Shown here piece by piece: positions 38,793 to 53,378 of a stretch of 64,000 bases of DNA. Within the stretch, counting starts at the first letter, position 1, and each line of letters begins with the position of its first letter. Origin of the DNA: Eledone cirrhosa. Its lineage: Eukaryota. A program made the translations under genes and the position numbers. The stretch lies in contig OZ024754.1 in NCBI GenBank assembly GCA_964016885.1, positions 11,656,001 through 11,720,000 of the forward strand. Direction: 5' to 3'. Under the pieces are notes generated by a model. It saw only the letters and a program-made list of their open reading frames with translations. It did no database searches and was not told the origin of the DNA.

Positions 38793-38909
38793 ATCTCTGA
38801 ATTGCACTAATCCTAATTCTCCAAGTTCTGACACACAAGCATATGCTGCTTCAGACTGCAAAAATAACTGACATAATGTCATTTCTTCGCTGCGGAACAA
38901 TGTCCCCAT
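38793..38909 (-). CDS. ATP6V0A1: V-type proton ATPase 116 kDa subunit a, coding exon 1 ([39 protein letters not shown])
   Basis: Manual translation gives the well-conserved N-terminus of V0 subunit a. 117 nt, ending at a GTAAGT donor in phase 0. An upstream acceptor tttattttttcag at 38998-39010 implies the exon begins with 5'UTR at 38997. The paralog name is by similarity to a1/Vha100-1/unc-32. Confidence 0.97.
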
Positions 38910-39278
38910 TGTGTGCTGTTTGATGTACCTTTATTATTATTGTTATTGTTCTTATTATTATTCTTATTAAAGTAGCTGGAATCAAAAATCAAGCATTCTG
39001 AAAAAATAAAATAAATAAATAGATAAGTAAATAGAATAGATAAGTAAATAGAATATATAATACAGAAAACTAATGTGTTGAATATTCAAATAATATTTAT
39101 TTACATACAGAGATAGATTCAGAATTTTTAGTCACACATACAAAAAAAGAAAGCAGCATTGGAAAGGACTATAAAGTGGTAGCGGTGGTGACCGTTTAGT
39201 CTGTAAAGTGGTAGTGCTGGTACAACAAAAAACACCCAGTCCACTCTGTAAAGTGGTAGAGCTACTGACAGTCTAGTC

Positions 39279-39600
39279 CAGTGATTCCTAACATGGGGCA
39301 CATACCCCACAGGGAGGGAGGGGGCAATTTGAATATTTAAGAGGGCCATTTGAAAATGATGTTAATGAGAACAAAGCTCAGGTTTTACTTTATTACTTTT
39401 ACACTAAGGCAACTTTGATATACATTACTGTCAGAAACTCCTGTCTCACCGCCTCCATATGTTATTGTGCATTTGGCACCACTTATACACCAATTTGTTT
39501 ACACTTTGCAGTTGATCATTGCCTGTTTTTATGTCAAAGGGGAACATAACATTTTAGATGTTGAGGTGGGGCATGGTGCACAAAAGGTTGGGAACCACTG
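39279..39600. mobile_element. hAT (Charlie-like) MITE
   Basis: TIRs CAGTGATTCCTAAC / GTTGGGAACCACTG; 8-bp TSD GTCTAGTC / GTCTAGTG. Confidence 0.85.
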
Positions 39601-40263
39601 GTCTAGTGTGTAAGGTGGCAATGCCAGAGTTATGATAAAATGCTCCTAATACATACTGTAAAGTAGCTAGCATTAGAAAGGGCATCTAGCTGTAGAAACT
39701 AAGCCAAAAACAAATTATATGAGCAAGATGTGGTCACCTAAATTTTCTGATTCTGATCTTGGTATATAACATCTCGTCTGACCGTTGCAAACATGGAAAA
39801 CAGACATCAGATGATGATGATTTTGATTATTTATCAGTTGTGAATAAAATGTTTGGCTATTTTAAGATATGACACCATTCACAGTAAAATATTTCTAAAG
39901 CTTTATCAAAGTATCCTGTGTCATAATAGTTCCTATTTCCTCTCTTAATACACACTAAACTATCAGATTTTACAAATGTTTTGTGGCCATCATCACTAGC
40001 CTTATGGACCATAGGACAGTCTTGACTCTCATCATGGAGTCCTTTTTAAGGCAATGTTTTACAGCTGGATGACCCTTCCCGATGCCAACCAATTTAGTTG
40101 AGGGTCTTATGATACACCATCATTCTTTAAAAGCATCATTCAAATTTTCCTGTTAATTTTCTCCTCAAAGCAACAGTTGGAATATTTTTGAAAAATTATT
40201 TCACTTTCATTACATTTTTTGAAAAGCTATTTTTTTTTAATCACGTATTTGCTAACAGAGTAA

Positions 40264-40302
<39 letters not shown>

Positions 40303-40659
40303 CATATATATCATCATCATTTTTACGTCCATTTTTTCACGGTGCGTGCATAGAGAGAGAGAGAGAGAGAGAGAGAGACACACACACACACAGTGTCTAT
40401 ATATATACTTCATAAAGTACAATTCATGAATCAGGTGATAATTCATATTCTAGTTTCCATGATATTTAAATAAAATCTTATCAGTGACCACTACCACTGT
40501 ATATTCATGTAGATAGATGTGGAATAGTTGTGTAGTGTTTTTATGACCTTGGTCTACCAATACAAACATGCCAGTATTGTACAATCTTCTGTTACTATCA
40601 CCATTATAGGTTCAGCAAACCAACAATTATTATCCCGTTCGAAACATGGAACTAATAAT

Positions 40660-41745
40660 GGTTTCTGGTTTAGATACAAGCCTAACAATTTCGGAGGAGG
40701 GAAAAGTCGATTAAATTGACCCAGTGCATTACTGCTACTTTATTTTATTGACCTCTGTAAGGAAGAAAGTCAAAGCTAACCGTAATGCGATTTGAACTCA
40801 GAACACAAAGGGAGGTAACTATATGTTACAAAGCATGTTGTCTGAGATTCTACTGATAATGCAAATCCACTGCCCATAGCTATTTATAACGGTTTCTGAT
40901 TTAGGCACAAAGCCAACAATTTTGCTGGAAGGGAAAGTCAATTAAATCAACCCTGGTGTGTACTTTATTTTATCGAACCCTGTAAGGAAGAAAGGCAAAG
41001 ATCAGCAGGACTTGAACTCAGAACGTTAAGTGACCTAATTATATGCCACAAAGCAGGTTATCTGATGCTCTACCGATTATACTGCCAATCCACTGCCCTT
41101 AAAACATGTAACCAATAATGGTTTCTTATATAGGTACAAGGCCAGCAATTTGGGGAGAGGGGAAAGTCGATTAATTCGACTCCAGTGGGTGACTGGTACT
41201 TTATTTTATCGACCCCGTAAGGATGAAAGGCAAAGTTTACCTCGGCGGGATTTGAACTCAGATCATAAAGGGTCATAACTCTATGCTGCAAATTATGGTG
41301 TCCGACGCTCTACCGATTCTGCCAATCCACCGCCCATGTAACCAATAATAATGCTAGTTTTCACACAATGGTACTTTTCTTCAAAAAACAAAAACCCAGA
41401 ACAAAGTGGTATAGCTTATATGAAGCATTGTGAGATATATAGTTAACCCTTTAGCATTTAAACTGGCCATATCCGGCCAGAATTCTCTCACCTCTTTCTG
41501 TTCAAACTGGCTGTAACCAGCCACTCATATTGATGTTAAGGTATTGTTCTCAAAATAGATAATATCAAAATCTCATAGATTCAATAATTGTTTCTACTTT
41601 TGACACAAGGCCAGCAATTATCCCAGTGTATTACTGGTACTTTATTTTATCGTCCCCGTAAGAATGAAAGGCAAAGTTAACCTCAGCGGGATTTGAATTC
41701 AGACCATAAAGGGCCGTAATCTTTGTTGCAAAGCATGGCGTCCAT
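40660..41745 (-). mobile_element. Cluster of four tRNA-SINEs, the last nested in a piggyBac-type MITE
   Basis: SINE motifs at ~40660-40877, 40890-41100, 41118-41335 and 41587-41745. The MITE TIR TTAA|CCCTTTAGCATTTA is at 41443. Confidence 0.85.
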
Positions 41746-43255
41746 AATGTGAGATAATTATGTGTGGTAAAGCCTTTACCATGACAATAGAATAGTGAAT
41801 ATGGAGTAATCATCATCATCATCGATTAATATCTATCTTCCACACTAGCATGGGTTAGACAAGTTTGTCCCATTCAGAAGCAAGTTGGGTCGGGTGACCA
41901 TATCTCGCTCATATAGAAGAGTTTCTGGCTGGTTTTCTATGGCTGGATGCCCTTCCTAACGCCAACCATATTTACAGTGTGTGCCGGGTGCTTTTTGTCA
42001 TGACACCTACACGATCACTTTAACCCTTTAGCATTCACATTACTCTATATATACTATTATATTTTCATGGTAAAGGCTTTATCTCGCATAATTATCTCAC
42101 ATAATATTGAATCTATGAGATTTTGAAAGTATTTATTTTGAGAACAATACCTTAACATCAGTTTAAGTGACCAGTTACCAAAGGTAGAGAATTCTGGCAG
42201 GTTTTGGCTGGTTTGAACATTAAAGGGTTAAAGTGTAAGAGTGTTTTAAGAAAGCTGGTACATTGTGGGCGGACCTGGTGTACGTGTGTGTATATTTTTA
42301 TATTATCAACTTCTCTGATTACAAATATTCACATCTTGTATACAAGTGAAGTTGAAGATGCTACAATTAATCCCTTTAACAGCAAGGAACCTGCTAAAAA
42401 CTGATCCTGATTTTATGTAGTTAAAGAAAGCTGGTACATTGTGAGATATTTAGTTAAGAGTGTATTCACAAGGTGAATAGTGAAAAAACCACATCTACAA
42501 AAATACCACAGAAATATTGAGGTCATTATAGACGCTACTCTGTATCAATGAACCACAGGTACCATGAACTGCTATACAACCTGCTTCATGGTCGAGGGAT
42601 CAGTGACTGAACTGGATACATGGCACCTTAGCAGCACAAAAAACAAAGAGCTGTTAAAATGAGTCAACAGCCACCCACCTCAAATTTGAGTTAAATAAAT
42701 AGCCTTATCAACCCGCAATTGGCCGAGCGTGGTGAGTAAACCAAACAAAGCTACAGAGGTCCACCAGGGAGGGGGTTCCTCCAATAGGGGTAAGAAGGCT
42801 CTGGATTGAATTGTATAAAAGCCACTGAGATGAACATTGGTAATTTGTGGATCAAATAGGCCCTTATTAACAGGTATAAACCTAGTGTTAACAAAAGATC
42901 TGAGCTACATGGGACCAAATGGCTATTGTGACTAGTCTGTGCAATGTTACTTTTCCATGTTTAATCAATCAAATAACAAATGCTTTTTTTTAAACCACCG
43001 AGTGGGTGGATGAGTGGTGGAATCCATCATCATCATCAACAACAGCACATTTGAATGGAAAAAATATATTGATATTGAATATGTAATAGGCATAAATATG
43101 GCTGTGTGGTTAAAAGGATTTGCTTCACAACCACATGGCCTCAGGTTCCATCCCACTGCATGGCACCTCGGGCAAATGGTTTATACCATAACCTTCAGTT
43201 GACTAATCCCTTGTATGTGAATTTGGTAGATGGAAATTGTAAAAGAAGCCCAAAG

Positions 43256-43295
<40 letters not shown>

Positions 43296-43979
43296 GGGGG
43301 GGGGGGGGGGGGGGGGGGCGTACAATTTGATATAGCAGCCACTATGATAGACCCAGACGCTCTGCACCACTCCTCTCTTTCTTAATTTTACCCTTTTCTG
43401 ATGAAGGACTAACGTCCGATACATTCAGACATTCTTCTTCCTTTTCCAACAAGCATAAAACTAATAAGACTATGTAATTCTATTTCTGTGTTTGTCTTCT
43501 TTAACTTTGAGCAGGGAAAGCGGACATTAAATGATGATAATGATGATATGTGTATGTCTGTACATATGCATGTGTGTGAGTGTGTGTATGTGTGTACATA
43601 TGCATGTGTGAGTGTGTGAATATGTGTGTGTCAATACTGACAACACTTGAAGCATCTGGTGACATTTCTCCTGCGTAAACAATGAATCCTGCTAGTATTT
43701 TGATGAGTGGCATATAACATACTTATAAATAAAGTAAGGGTTATCATTAAGAAGGGTAAGCAACCATAGAAACACTGTAACACAAACTCATTCAACCCAG
43801 GACAGTATGGTAAAATGCAGACATAGAAAATATGATGATGATGTTGATGACAATAAAAAAGTTACATCTTCATCGTTTAACGTCCATCTTCCATGCTAGC
43901 ATAGAGCAATTAGAAGTACTGTTAAACAGCTAAAATAATAATGGTTTCTGATTTAGGCACAAGGCTAATCATTTTTTTG

Positions 43980-44010
<31 letters not shown>

Positions 44011-44330
44011 TCCTTCCCATTCTACTTCTTATAAATTCCTTTAAATATATATTATGCTACTTCGAAAGTCAAAAATCCCGCTTCTACACCCAGGCACCCT
44101 TCACCCTTCATCTACTTCACGAGGGGCTGCGGTCAGCCACTCTCTCTCTCCCCCTTCCCCTCTCTCTCTCTCTTAGCTACATATATATATAAGATAAATT
44201 CCCCTTCATGTTTATTCACTTTTCGCCAATTCATTGCTGCTTCAATTCAGTGCTGTTTTTCCTACTACGGTGTACCCATGTAATCGTAACATACACATTT
44301 TTCTATCTACTCCACGCTTCAATTTCATAC

Positions 44331-44429
44331 CTAGTCCAAACATCCAATCTCGCAAAATCCGAAATCTGTATTTTTTTTGTTATTTATTTATGTTTAAATA
44401 CGGTTGTTTTTGTCGTATTGATGAATACT
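44331..44429 (-). promoter_or_regulatory. Candidate non-coding first exon / TSS of the V-ATPase gene
   Basis: Non-repetitive, CpG-containing island with a TCAGT initiator-like motif at 44427-44431 and a TAG|GTATGA donor at 44331/44330 on the minus strand. Speculative. Confidence 0.25.
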
Positions 44430-45007
44430 GATATTTACATTATAATACCTAATTCATAAAAATTGATAATTCAAATGGATGAGACATAATATATTTTTAA
44501 TATATTTTAAACATATCATCTTTCTTTCTTTTTCTCCTATACACTAGTTTAACTATATCCCTTCCCTTAACCTCTCACATATACGGTGATCATCTGTCCA
44601 AAGGCAGCCTACTATATTATTTTTTTCACCTCCTCAATGTATTTCTCTCTATCATATCTCCTTGTCTCTCTATCTCGCTCCGTTGTTTTTCTTTACATAC
44701 ATCTCTTTTCTCTTTACATACATCTCTTCATCTTCTTCTTCTCATCTTCGTTTTTCTTTCTATATAACTGTCATAACAGTTTCACTACCAAATCAACTTT
44801 TTAAATGGAAGTTGCATTATTACAAGGTATGTCACTAATTATTTATAAAACAGCTTATGTATTGTATTTTGTCTGAAGAAGGCATACCATATTTTTAATA
44901 TGATATCCCAGAAATATATATAACGAAATAAATATGGTTTTATAAATATAGTTTCCATTTGTTTAATATCGTATATACATATATATACATATATACATAT
45001 ATATATG

Positions 45008-45079
<72 letters not shown>

Positions 45080-46203
45080 CATATATATATATACATATAT
45101 ATATATACATATATATATATACATATATATATATACATATATATATATACATATATATATATACATATATATATATACATATATATATATACATATATAT
45201 ATATACATATATATATACATATATATATACATATATATATATACATATATATATATACATACATATATATATACATACATATATATATACATACATACAT
45301 ATATACATACATACATATATATATACATATATATATACATATATATATACATATATATATACATATATATATACATATATATATACATATATATAGGAAC
45401 CAGTAAGACCCCGACCGCTGAGCTCAAGCCGTTTCGACGGCTAATTCAGAGAATTAGCCGTCGAAACGGCTTGAGCTCAGCTGTCGGGGTCTTACTGGTT
45501 CCTATTACCCACTCTACTACCTCAAGTATTGAGTACTTTGGTGCGTTATGGTCCACCTGGTTCCTTACCACATTTCCTTCGTTATACATATATATATACA
45601 TATATACATATATATATATACATATATACATACATATATACATACATATATATATACATATATATATACATATATATATACATATATATATACATATATA
45701 TATACATACATATATATACATATATATATATACATATATATATATACATATATATATATACATATATATATATACATATATATATACATATATATATACA
45801 TATATATATACATATATATATACATACATATATACATACATATATATATACATACATATATATATAGATTTTGAGTTTATGTTGGTTGTATACCAACACC
45901 TCGGTATGCAGGCTGGAGCACTCGACGAGGTGCGCAGGTTGGTTTGGTTACACCGGAGTAGTGTAAAATAAAGTTAAATAAAAGTCAAATGATTAATGCT
46001 ATATATAGCAGTAATAAACGAAGCTAAATTTTAATCATTTGACTTTTATTTAACTTTATTATACATATATATATATATACATACATATATATATATACAT
46101 ACATATATATATATACATACATATATATATATACATACATACATACATATATATATATACATACATATATATATATACATACATATATATATATACATAC
46201 ATA

Positions 46204-46267
<64 letters not shown>

Positions 46268-46296
46268 CATATATATACATACATACATATATATAC

Positions 46297-46330
<34 letters not shown>

Positions 46331-46379
46331 ACATACATATATATATATACATACATACATATATATACATACATACATA

Positions 46380-46600
<221 letters not shown>

Positions 46601-46651
46601 ACATACATATATATATATACATATATATATATACATATATATATATACATA

Positions 46652-46871
<220 letters not shown>

Positions 46872-46912
46872 CATACATACATATATATATACATACATAT
46901 ATACATACATAC

Positions 46913-46946
<34 letters not shown>

Positions 46947-47354
46947 ACATACATATATATATATATACATACATATATATATACATACATATATATATAC
47001 ATACATATATATATATACATACATATATATATATTAGAAAGATCGAGTATCGAAAAATCGGCGCATGAGTTCACGATAAACAATATTCGAAATGAGCGGC
47101 AGAGGGCTCAATAATTCAGATGAATCAGAGCTATAACTATCGTTAAAATACCGTCACACATAGAACAAGTCTAAAATCAACCATACGATAAAAAAAAAAA
47201 AAATCGATAATAGAAGATTCGGGACAAACAGATAAAAAATATCAATAAAACAATACATCAATAATTTAAATGAATGATACATATATATATACATACATAT
47301 ATACATACATATATACATACATATATACATACATACATAGATACATACATACAT

Positions 47355-48538
47355 AACTCGAAAACTTCTCAGTGTTACTGGGAACTTTAACATCAATGGT
47401 GATGTGGATAGGCTATACTTCTCACGCAAGGAAGGTGGCCGGGGTCTAAAATCAATATTAACAACATATGAGACCCGGATAGTAACACTGAAGCAACACC
47501 TTCAACAGAGGAAAAAGGTTGGCGACCATCTTGCCCAGGTTTATGACCATGAAAAAAGAAATATCATTAGAATAGCGACTGATCTGGAGGAGAGATATGG
47601 AATAAAGCCCGATATAAATCTCTCACCCAGAGAAATCGGAAGATCCTATTCAATGTTCAAACAAGAAAAAAAAATTGACCAATTTACAGAGAAAGTTGTG
47701 CATGGATACTTGAGGCGTAAAACACAGACCATAGAGGGGATAAACCACTCAAAAAGCCTGGCATGGAGTTCCGACAAGTTTATGACATCACACCTTGAGG
47801 GATATCTCTATGCAATACAGGAACAAGAACTCCCTACCAAATATCTGCTGCACAAAAGAGGAGGGCCAGCAGCTGACAATAAATGTAGGCTATGTAAAAC
47901 AAAGATCGAGGATGTAAGCCACATTGTTGCCAGCTGCGAAAGAATGTCATCTCGCTACTACCTCCCCATGAGACACGATGGGATAGCTAGAACTATCTGG
48001 AACGCACTTCGGAAAACAAAATTAACAACAAACGAGGAAGAATATATTGAGACAGAGGGCACTAAGGAATACTGGTGGAACCTGAAAATAAAAACTGCCA
48101 CCAAATTAAAGCACAACCGGCCTGATATTGTAGTTTGGGACCACACATTGAAAACGTGTTCTGTTGTGGAGATCAGCTGCCCACTTGATGTAAACGTTGT
48201 CAGAAAAATACAGGAGAAGGAGGACATCTGCGGACCATTGATGAGGAGCTTACAAATCCAGTATCCAAGATACACCTTTAGCTTCATACCCATCATTATT
48301 GGTGCTACGGGTTATATACCAACCCGCTTGGACCAAAGTATGACCGAACTTGGATTTGCGGACAAAAAGCGCAGCTCCCTAATTCATAGTCTACAAATGG
48401 CTGCGATAGCTGGCACCTTCAAAATATGCAAAACATTCTTGCGATTCAAGGGATGAAAATTTCTTTTCTTTTACAACCTTGCCACCAGGAAGGTGGCCGG
48501 TCAAAAAAATATACTCGAAATTAAGAGAAAGAGAAAAC
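47355..48538 (+). mobile_element. 5'-truncated R4/Dong-like non-LTR retrotransposon, copy A
   Basis: ORF 47404..48456 with [13 protein letters not shown], a CRLC...H...C zinc knuckle, RHD and RPDIVVWD...VE RLE motifs; flanked by (ATAC)n. Confidence 0.93.
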
Positions 48539-48556
48539 ATATATATACATACATAC

Positions 48557-48587
<31 letters not shown>

Positions 48588-48679
48588 CACATACATACAT
48601 ACATATACACATACATACATATACACATACATACATATACACATACATACATATACACATACATACATACATACATATA

Positions 48680-48741
<62 letters not shown>

Positions 48742-48755
48742 CATACATACATATA

Positions 48756-48791
<36 letters not shown>

Positions 48792-49061
48792 TACATACAT
48801 ACATATATATATACATACATACATATATATATACATACATACATATATATATACATACATACATATATATATACATACATACATATATATATACATACAT
48901 ATATATATACATACATATATATATACATACATATATATATACATACATATATATATACATACATATATATATACATACATATATATATACATACATATAC
49001 ATACATATATATATACATACATATATATATACATACATATATATATACATACATACATACA

Positions 49062-49091
<30 letters not shown>

Positions 49092-49092
<1 letters not shown>

Positions 49093-52060
49093 CTGAAGGC
49101 TATACGATCTAAAGGTGTAGAAACGACATTTGAAACGCTCAATATTTTGTTATATGTTTCAGCTGTCACATTGCTATCATATAACACACATCTAAAACCA
49201 CGCAATCAAGATACAAACAGAAAGCCTGAACCAGCGTGGATGCGAAATTTAAAAACCAAAATTTTGTCCCTGAGACGAAGTATCTCACACATCGCAGTCG
49301 TTATGAAATGCAACATAGAGAGAAACTTCACACGACACCAGGAAGACCTAAAGAAAAAGTTAGAGAGACGATTTGGAGATACAAAATTTAAAACTATGAA
49401 CTCCAAATTACACCAGTTGAAACAACAACTCACAGCTACAACAGAAAGACTAAAATATAAGTCAACAGCCCATAAACGACAAGTGCTAAATAGATTGTTT
49501 GCCAGAGATCCTAAATCAGTTTATTGCAGCTTCGGTGGCAAAAGCTCAATCCCTGTAAACGACACCCCTTCAAAAGAACAGGTTGGGAACTACTGGAGAT
49601 CTGTATGGGAAACGGATGACGGATTCAACAGACAAGCTAATTGGCTAAAACAACTGGAACAGGACTACTGCCAACATGTCCAGACAAAACAATATGACAT
49701 AGATGGGTCAATACTGGAAACAGCTCTACAGAAAATGTCGAATAGGAAATCGCCAGGCCCAGACCTCATTACAGGATACTGGTTGAAGAATTTCACTTTC
49801 TATCGGCAAGATCTCATACGGCTGTTTACAGAAACCATTAAGGGCACACAAGAACTGCCCAGATGGTTATCAACTGCCACTACTCTCCTCATTCCCCAAA
49901 ATAGCCAAACCACCCTTGCTAAAAATTACCGCCCAATTGCCTGCCAAAACATCATGTATAAATTATATACTGGGTGCCTTAACCTGTTCTTACAGGATCA
50001 CTGTGCTACCAACAACATCATAACACCTGAGCAAGCTGGTGGAAAGAGGGAGGTGTGGGGTTGCATAGATCACCTACTAACTAACAAAATGATTCAGGAA
50101 AAAACAACAAAGAATCGCAGAAACATGACTGTCGTGTGGCTGGACTATCAAAAAGCATTTGATAGTGTACCTCATGGGTGGATTATTAAGGCTTTACAGT
50201 TAGCTAAAGTCCCACAACCATTAGTAGCTGCTGTTGAACGCCTGACCAAGAACTGGTACACCAATTTGATCCTTAGAGGTGAGAAGGAGCAGGTTAAGAC
50301 TGATAGGATACATTACCAGAAGGGCATCTTTCAGGGTGATAGCTTGTCAGTACTACTCTTCGTTCTCTCACTGAATCCACTATCTTACCTACTCAGGAAA
50401 CAAGGTGGACAAAGAAGTGGGCCCAGAAGTATCTCCCATCTTTTCTTTGTTGATGACCTGAAGTTGTATGGGCCAAATATCAATGACATCAAGAAACAAT
50501 TGGACCTCATTACACAATTTTCAACCGACATCAAAATGAAATTTGGTGAGTCCAAGTGTGCATATTTGGCAGTAAAACGTGGAAGAGCTGTGCCCTCCTC
50601 TAGAAATCTAGATATGAACGGCCTGACAATACAACCTCTGCAGTCAGGTGACAACTACAGATATCTTGGACAGGATGAGAATGTCAGATATGATGGACCC
50701 ATAAATAAGGAGAGAACCAGAACTGAATACCTCAGAAGAGTAAAAAAAATATGGTCATCAGAACTGTCAGCATACAACAAATACATTGCCCACAATACCT
50801 ATGCTGTGCCAATTATAACGCCAACATTTGGCCTACTGAACTGGTCATTGCAAGAACTAAGTGAGATGGATGTTAGAACTCGTAAACTTCTCAGTGTTAC
50901 TGGGAACTTTAACATCAATGGTGATGTGGATAGGCTATACTTCTCACGCAAGGAAGGTGGCCGGGGTCTAAAATCAATATTAACAACATATGAGACCCGG
51001 ATAGTAACACTGAAGCAACACCTTCAACAGAGGAAAAAGGTTGGCGACCATCTTGCTCAGGTTTATGAGCATGAAAAAAGAAATATCATTAGAATAGCGA
51101 CTGATCTGGAGGAGAGATATGGAATAAAGCCTGATATAAATCTCTCACCCAGAGAAATCGGAAGATCCTATTCAATGTTCAAACAAGAAAAAAAAATTGA
51201 CCAATTTACAGAGAAAGTTGTGCATGGATACTTGAGGCGTAAAACACAGACCATAGAGGGGATAAACCACTCAAAAAGCCTGGCATGGAGTTCCGACAAG
51301 TTTATGACATCACACCTTGAGGGATATCTCTATGCAATACAGGAACAAGAACTCCCTACCAAATATCTGCTGCACAAAAGAGGAGGGCCAGCAGCTGACA
51401 ATAAATGTAGGCTATGTAAAACAAAGATCGAGGATGTAAGCCACATTGTTGCCAGCTGCGAAAGAATGTCATCTCGCTACTACCTCCCCATGAGACACGA
51501 TGGGATAGCTAGAACTATCTGGAACGCACTTCGGAAAACAAAATTAACAACAAACGAGGAAGAATATATTGAGACAGATGGCACTAAGGAATACTGGTGG
51601 AACCTGAAAATAAAAACTGCCACCAAATTAAAGCACAACCGGCCTGATATTGTAGTTTGGGACCACACATTGAAAACGTGTTCTGTTGTGGAGATCAGCT
51701 GCCCACTTGATGTAAACGTTGTCAGAAAAATACAGGAGAAGGAGGACATCTACGGACCATTGATGAGGAGCTTACAAATCCAGTATCCAAGATACACCTT
51801 TAGCTTCATACCCATCATTATTGGTGCTACGGGTTATATACCAACCCGCTTGGACCAAAGTATGACCGAACTTGGATTTGCGGACAAAAAGCGCAGCTCC
51901 CTAATTCATAGTCTACAAATGGCTGCGATAGCTGGCACCTTCAAAATATGCAAAACATTCTTGCGATTCAAGGGATGACAATTTCTTTTCTTTTACAACC
52001 TTGCCACCAGGAAGGTGGCCGGTCAAAAAAATATACTCGAAATTAAGAGAAAGAGAAAAC
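49092..52060 (+). mobile_element. R4/Dong-like non-LTR retrotransposon, copy B (5'-truncated; RT + RLE ORF intact to 51978)
   Basis: [47 protein letters not shown] knuckle and PD..D..E nuclease; short 3'UTR with hairpin GCCACC-AGGAA-GGTGGC, then (ATAC)n. Confidence 0.95.
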
Positions 52061-52065
52061 ATACA

Positions 52066-52101
<36 letters not shown>

Positions 52102-53347
52102 TACATACATACATATATATATACATACATATATATATACATACATATATACATACATACATACATATATACATACATACATATATACATACATACATAT
52201 ATATATACATACATATATATATACATACATACATATATATATACATATATATATACATATATATATACATACATACATATATACATACATATATATATAC
52301 ATACATATATATATACATACATATATACATACATACATATATATATACATACATATATACATACATACATATATATATACATACATATATACATACATAC
52401 ATATATATATACATACATATATACATACATACATATATATATACATACATATATACATACATATATATATACATACATATATACATACATATATATATAC
52501 ATACATATATACATACATATATATATACATACATATATACATACATATATACATACATACATATATATATACATACATACATATATATACATATATATAT
52601 ACATACATACATATATATACATATATATATACATACATACATATATATACATATATATATACATACATACATACATATATATACATATATATATACATAC
52701 ATACATACATATATATACATATATATATACATACATACATATATATATACATATATATATACATACATACATATATATATACATATATATATACATACAT
52801 ACATATATATATGGTGGCTGCCAACTCGTTTTCGAGTACGGCCACTACTTTATATCCATGTAGGAGAACCCCTACCGATGCGCTGAACGAGTGTGACTTT
52901 TTAGTCCAGCCAGCGACTTGAAACCTCTGGTACAAACACTACACCTGTGACAATTACTGACACATAGTGCTAGGCCCATGGTAGGACAACCATTGACACA
53001 TAGTGCTGGGCCCATGTGAGGACAAGTGCAGAGAGATCTCCAGATATAAAGCAATGCCTGTGCCGTGAAGCTTTTATATACATATATATATATACATACA
53101 TATATATATATACATACATATATATATATACATACATACATATATATATACATACATATATATATATATACATACATATATATATATATACATACATATA
53201 TATATATATACATACATATATATATACATACATATATATATACATACATATATATATATATACATACATATATATATATATACATACATATATATATATA
53301 TACATACATATATATATATATACATACATATATATATATATACATAC

Positions 53348-53378
<31 letters not shown>

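Noticed and set aside
48493-49091. N-terminal ~200 aa of the 1161-aa ORF
   Set aside because: It starts at a GTG in copy A's 3'UTR and runs through (TACA)n, which lacks stops. The real retroelement sequence starts at ~49092.
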